Assembly: GCA_964304625.1 (NCBI GenBank)
Contig: OZ199838.1
Span: 16,349,269 to 16,413,268, forward strand
From: Kudoa neothunni
Taxonomy: Eukaryota > Animalia > Cnidaria
Direction of reading: 5' to 3'
Length of the DNA stretch: 64,000 nucleotides
Shown: in pieces, positions 51,013-64,000 of the stretch
Numbering within the stretch: the first letter of the stretch is position 1
How the letters are laid out: each line of letters opens with the position of its first letter
Position numbers and translations under genes: made by a program
Notes under the pieces: generated by a model
Told to the model about the DNA's origin: nothing
What the model saw: the letters and a program-made list of their open reading frames with translations, nothing else
Databases searched by the model: none

Positions 51013-52208
51013 ATGGGTCGTCGAAAGAGAAAGGTTATGAAGCCCTGGTGCTGGTAGTTACTTGGATATTCGGTGGACAGTGATTTAATTGAAAACCCCA
51101 ATTCAAAGGTATTGCAACCGGGAATTTGACGACGAAAAAGTTCTGGTGTACCATCAAAAATCCAAACACTATCGTTGTCAGATATGTCGAAAAAAGCTGT
51201 TTTCAGCAATGGGCCTCTCAGTCCATTGCATGCAAGTACATAAAGAAACCATTACATCGATTCCCAATGCATTACCACATAGAACTGATTTGGATATTGA
51301 AATTTTTGGAATGGAAGGAATTCCCCAGGAAGATTTGGAGGAAAGAATGCGAATGTTGAATGGTTTGTTAGGTGGTTGGACGATAAATTGAATTTTTAAA
51401 TTGTGGATAGGTGATAGTAAATCCAACGTGAAATCAGCGGTATCCGGCAATGTGCCATATTCTTCGGTGTTGTCTTCGAATCCACCAGTTCCTACTACAG
51501 CTACAACTATTAATGCTACTGTTGCCACTTCTGTTGGTTCAACTGTTCCATTTTCATCCAAATTTGGTAGTAGATTTCTATTTTGTATATTGTCTAAATT
51601 GTTGTTGTGAAGTTCCTCCTCCACCGCCACCTTCGGCTGATATGTAACAATTCTGTTATTGGATACATATTTTAAATTGAAGCTTTAGACCACCACCTCC
51701 TCCTCCCATTGAACCTCCTGCTATAATTAATCCTCCAAACCCCTCAAATGTTGGTTCATTTTTTATGGGTTCACCTCTTAGATTATATCTAGAATCAAAA
51801 TATTTCGGCAAGCTTATTAGATTTGGGTCAGTATAAAAAATTTAATGTGTGTATTTCGTCATCGTCAATGATAGTCCATCCCGAATATGATATCTCATTA
51901 GTAACAACAAAACTTAACATTATGGAATCTGATTGATCTTATGTGTGTGTGTGTGTGTTTAGGAGGAGTATAGATTGTCTCAACGAGAGTATCGAAAGTG
52001 TTCCACTTTACCAGCCAACGGTAGCAGTGATTTATCAATTGAGAATTTACTAATTTTCTCCAATTTAATAGGTGGTGGATTTTATGGAAATGGGAATGTG
52101 AATAGCAATGTGAGGCCGCCGACGGTTGCATATGGCTATTTGCGTATGTCGAGTGGTGGTTATCCTGCACCTTTACCAAACAATCAACCCAATAATAGTT
52201 ATAAATAA
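51013..52208 (+). CDS. ZNF207: BUB3-interacting zinc-finger protein BuGZ
   Basis: MGRRKRKVMKPWCW|YCNREFDDEKVLVYHQKSKHYRCQICRKKL...HCMQVHKETI..IPNALPHRTDLDIEIFGMEGIP; GLEBS-like IVHPEYDISL|EEYR; Pro-rich low-complexity middle. Confidence 0.95.
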
Positions 52209-52299
52209 ATAATGCGCATGGTCGTATGCACACGACAATAGAACAAACACTCTTATATATATATATAATTTGTATATTTAAAACAAAACTATGCTACGG

Positions 52300-57547
<5,248 letters not shown>

Positions 57548-57958
57548 TTAGAATTAAATTTTAGTTGTTTTTTTCAGATTGAGGGTTACTATAGCGACTG
57601 AAAACTGACCCCAATAATACAACACTAATGCGCAACTAGGGGGACTATGGACTATAAACGTGAGATCTAAATTAAACGCGCATGCGAGTGATTACTGGAA
57701 TTTTTAGGCGTCTTTTCGAAACACAATTTTTTTTAAATATAACCAATACCACAAAAAATACAATCAACTAATAATTGAGCTTTAGCGTTTGAATAATTAA
57801 ATTTATTAAAAAATCATATTTTTAAAAAATAACTCATTTGAGTTATTAGCTTAATCGATTTATAAATCAAAAATATTCTCACTATAAATATGATATATTA
57901 ATATTTTCAGCCTACAGTTATCTCTACTGATCACAAGTATAACTTTAACACAGCAAGG

Positions 57959-57995
57959 CAGTGTTTCCCGACCTTTTTTGTATCACGCCCCACCT
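57959..57995 (+). mobile_element. Solo hAT (Charlie-like) terminal sequence
   Basis: CAGTGTTTCCCGACCTTTTTTGTATCACGCCCCAC resembles the CAGTGTTTCCCAACCTTTT class of termini; no partner found. Confidence 0.4.
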
Positions 57996-58820
57996 CTATC
58001 AAAAATATCAAAAGTATTGATTTTTTATTTAAACTGTTGATAATTTTGAATAAAACTCCTTATCACATTAAAATCTGAAATCAATTAATATATATTACTT
58101 TTCTTTTCTCATTAGAATTAGAATTAATTGAAATCTTTCATTCTTCATTCATCAAAAAACAACGTCAAATGAAACTCGTGGTAACCCAACCCCAACCTTC
58201 ATTAGGAAAGTCTTTCGTGTATATGGGGCTAACGAACCGAAAATAAATATTATAAATACAAAATTAATCTATACCACTCTTAATGAGACAATTAATGACT
58301 GAGATTCAAGCCAGTCTGATTCTATTCGGATGAATATTATTTTAAATATTATCTCACAATTACCATTATAGGTGTCACACCAATACTTAGAATTTTACGA
58401 ATCCCACCACACATTACACACTACAGCGGTTAATTAAAGTTTAAAAATTTTCAAGCAATTTTTACTGTTTATCGAGTATAATAGTTTAACTTCTGCGACT
58501 TAAAATTAAAATTATTAGTATATCTATAAATTAATAAATAACCTGTAAATATTTTTGTTTAAAATATCTTCAGGATAACGAAGTTTTGGACTGTATGCAA
58601 TATCGAGATCTTCCTGTGATCAAATTTGGATAGATAATGCGGCGGCAATATGTTCCACCATATTTGCATTGTGTTAATTCTCAAAGTACGCAGACAAATG
58701 TGTTAAATAAAAATCTCAAGAAAGTATAATTTTACTGCTATTATTTTCGCATAATATAATAAACACGAATATCGAAATAAGAAGAACAATACAGAATAGT
58801 TGATCAATAGAATGAGGAGA

Positions 58821-61727
<2,907 letters not shown>

Positions 61728-62388
61728 TTTAATCGAAGATGGTGTCAGCGCGCGATCTACTCACCACAAATATTTTACGGATAATCTACCATACCATAGG
61801 GATTATCATTATAAAGTGGGGGGCAGTTACATTGATATTTTCAGGGGAATTTATTATTTTTTCTCATTATTTTAATAAATTATATTGTTAAATTTGTAGT
61901 AATATTTGAAATTTATCGATTGTTTTTAAAGAATATTAATTCCTAATTTGATCCCAAAATAATGAGACTATCCTATTTAACTTTGCTTCATATTACTTTC
62001 TACGGTAAAATGTACGATAGTGTCTGTAATCCGAATCAACGACAACCTACTCAAATGAACCCCTTGAATATTTCAATAATAAGTATTGATCAGTGTTCCG
62101 CTATTTGTCATCACAACAGCATTTACAGTAATCTATTAATGCAGAGAGCTCCTTGTCCCTCGCGATTATTTTGACAGACTACACCATTAATTAATTTGGC
62201 TCAAGTAAAGCATGTTTTATGTGCTGTAGAATTTAATTTTGTTGGATTGTCTATCATTAAATCTGTCTATAAGAAAAAAGAATCCGTATTTTATGCAAGT
62301 GATAGATGTTCAGTTGTGACAAAAATTATAGCATAAATATAACGCTAATCTCGGGTTAAAAATATAGGATTAATATTCCTCATTTTAA

Positions 62389-62990
62389 CCCTTTCTATTA
62401 ATTACTTTATATAATTTTTGAATGTGAAAATATTTTTTTATTATGTCAATATAAAATTAATTATTTTTTGAAATGATGAGAAGCAACAAATGCCTCGAGT
62501 TGAGTTAGAAGCGCCTGCGCAAGAGTAAATAAATATACCTTTATTATAATAGTATAGTTGATGTTTATTCGATTTTATAAAAATGAATTAATACAACCTG
62601 TATGTTTTACATCAAGAGCAATACAGATGAATATCAAACTGTAGGACTTGCGTAAAAAAGGTTAAACTATCCTGCAGTTGAACTTAGAATTTTGAGGTTT
62701 CAATAAATTAAAAATATACACATATACTATTTAATGAGTTTATTCTAAGAATAAAATATGCTTTGATATGTATCTGAATTCAGTTATAGTGATGAGGAGC
62801 AGGAGGAGGAAGAAGATGACTACCGTTTAAATTAGACAGTGAGCTCAAAAAATCTAATAAATAATTTAATATTTCATTTCTGATGACGGAAGAGTAATTT
62901 TTTTGATGTTTTATATAAAATTATTTAAAATTTAATAGAATGAGTAACAAAAAATTTTCAGTTATTGAATTAAATTCGGGGTTCAAAGGG
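62389..62990 (+). mobile_element. piggyBac-like MITE
   Basis: TTAA|CCCTTT ... AAAGGG|TTAA; internal acidic relic SEFSYSDEEQEEEEDD at ~62770-62820. Confidence 0.55.
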
Positions 62991-64000
62991 TTAATGTAAT
63001 GACAATAATCGAATAGAATATGACTATAACTTGAAAAAATTTGGATGATAATAATATTGATGCATTGTGTGGTTATGTATCAGAATAAGCTCTACACGTA
63101 AAATAAAGTAATTCATGTATCTGAGAGCTGGGAGGAAATCGTTACAATATTACATTTAATTGTGGAGTGAATTAACGTATAACAGTCAAATATTTTTAAA
63201 AAACGTGGGTTAAAAAATAGTAGACCTCTTATTATGTATTATGGGGTGTTTGATTCATTCTATGACTTAATGTTAATAAATGAATTATCGTTAAAATTCG
63301 GAAATATTAATCAATTATTCTTTGTTTAGTCCTTTTGTGAAATAATATATGCCTTGGGTTAGTTTAACTTATAACATTTTCAGTCGTAGATCTTAAAATT
63401 CGGGCCAATTATGATTATGAGATGGGTGGACGAGAATTAACGAATTCACATGCCATGGTATGCTTAATCTAAATTTGGTGTTTTCTACATCAGTTAAATC
63501 AACAATTCTCTCCAAAAATCATTTATATTTCAAATCCTTGTGCCCTATTTATAATATTTTAGTAAATTGAAATAAAATTTCAAAAATGTCATGTTTTTAT
63601 AAGATGCCATTTTGTAATTTAGTTATAGTTACAAAATTTTTAGCTTTATGAAAAGAAGATCAAATATAAACTTTTTTGATTCTTTGGTAATTTTAAGATG
63701 TATATTGTTGAAATTTGGCTTAATATTATTGTTACATCGTTGGAGCGTTTTAGAAGTTTTAAATAAATCCCACAATATTCCAAGATAAAGTTTAAGAATC
63801 TTAATATAGTTTTACATTCATAAAGACTAAACATTTATTTAGTTTTTAAATATTTTTTACAAACTTACAATTTATGTACTAAGAAATAATGCATAATTTA
63901 TGGATAAAGTTCAATCTAGGTTTTGTCGTAAATAGCTTTTATATGATAGTTTTGTTTCAAATTCTTAAATATTAAGATTAAAAAATTCTAAATTAGTAAT

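Overview
AT-rich eukaryotic (metazoan) genomic DNA with mostly ~35-55 nt GT-AG introns. Tight islands of housekeeping genes are separated by stretches of decayed DNA transposons (hAT, pogo/Tigger, piggyBac, Helitron, possibly Kolobok). The Shank gene and the divergent, shortened proteins suggest a highly derived compact animal (myxozoan/orthonectid/dicyemid-like); the taxon cannot be fixed from the sequence alone. Genes reconstructed by hand splicing: Shank-like scaffold, mini-WAC, RPL11, V-ATPase E, PYROXD1, AHSA1, TIM9 (absent from the ORF track), ZNF207/BuGZ, DUS2 and MCM7. The first 15 kb is an accessory surface-protein locus. It holds three tandem paralogues of an unrecognised signal-peptide/C-terminal-TM glycoprotein (one partial, one intact, one pseudogene). 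It also holds a convergent ~858-codon type I membrane protein built from symmetric phase-1 exons, each encoding a 4-Cys FN3-like module with a length-variable loop, and carrying a single in-frame TAA. Other notable signals are an NRF1-like TGCG(T/C)A(C/T)GCA motif just upstream of housekeeping ATGs, a 3.1-kb transposon-filled intron splitting the DUS2 dsRBD, and two minisatellites directly behind gene 3' ends. All exon coordinates are manual inferences; no database search was run.
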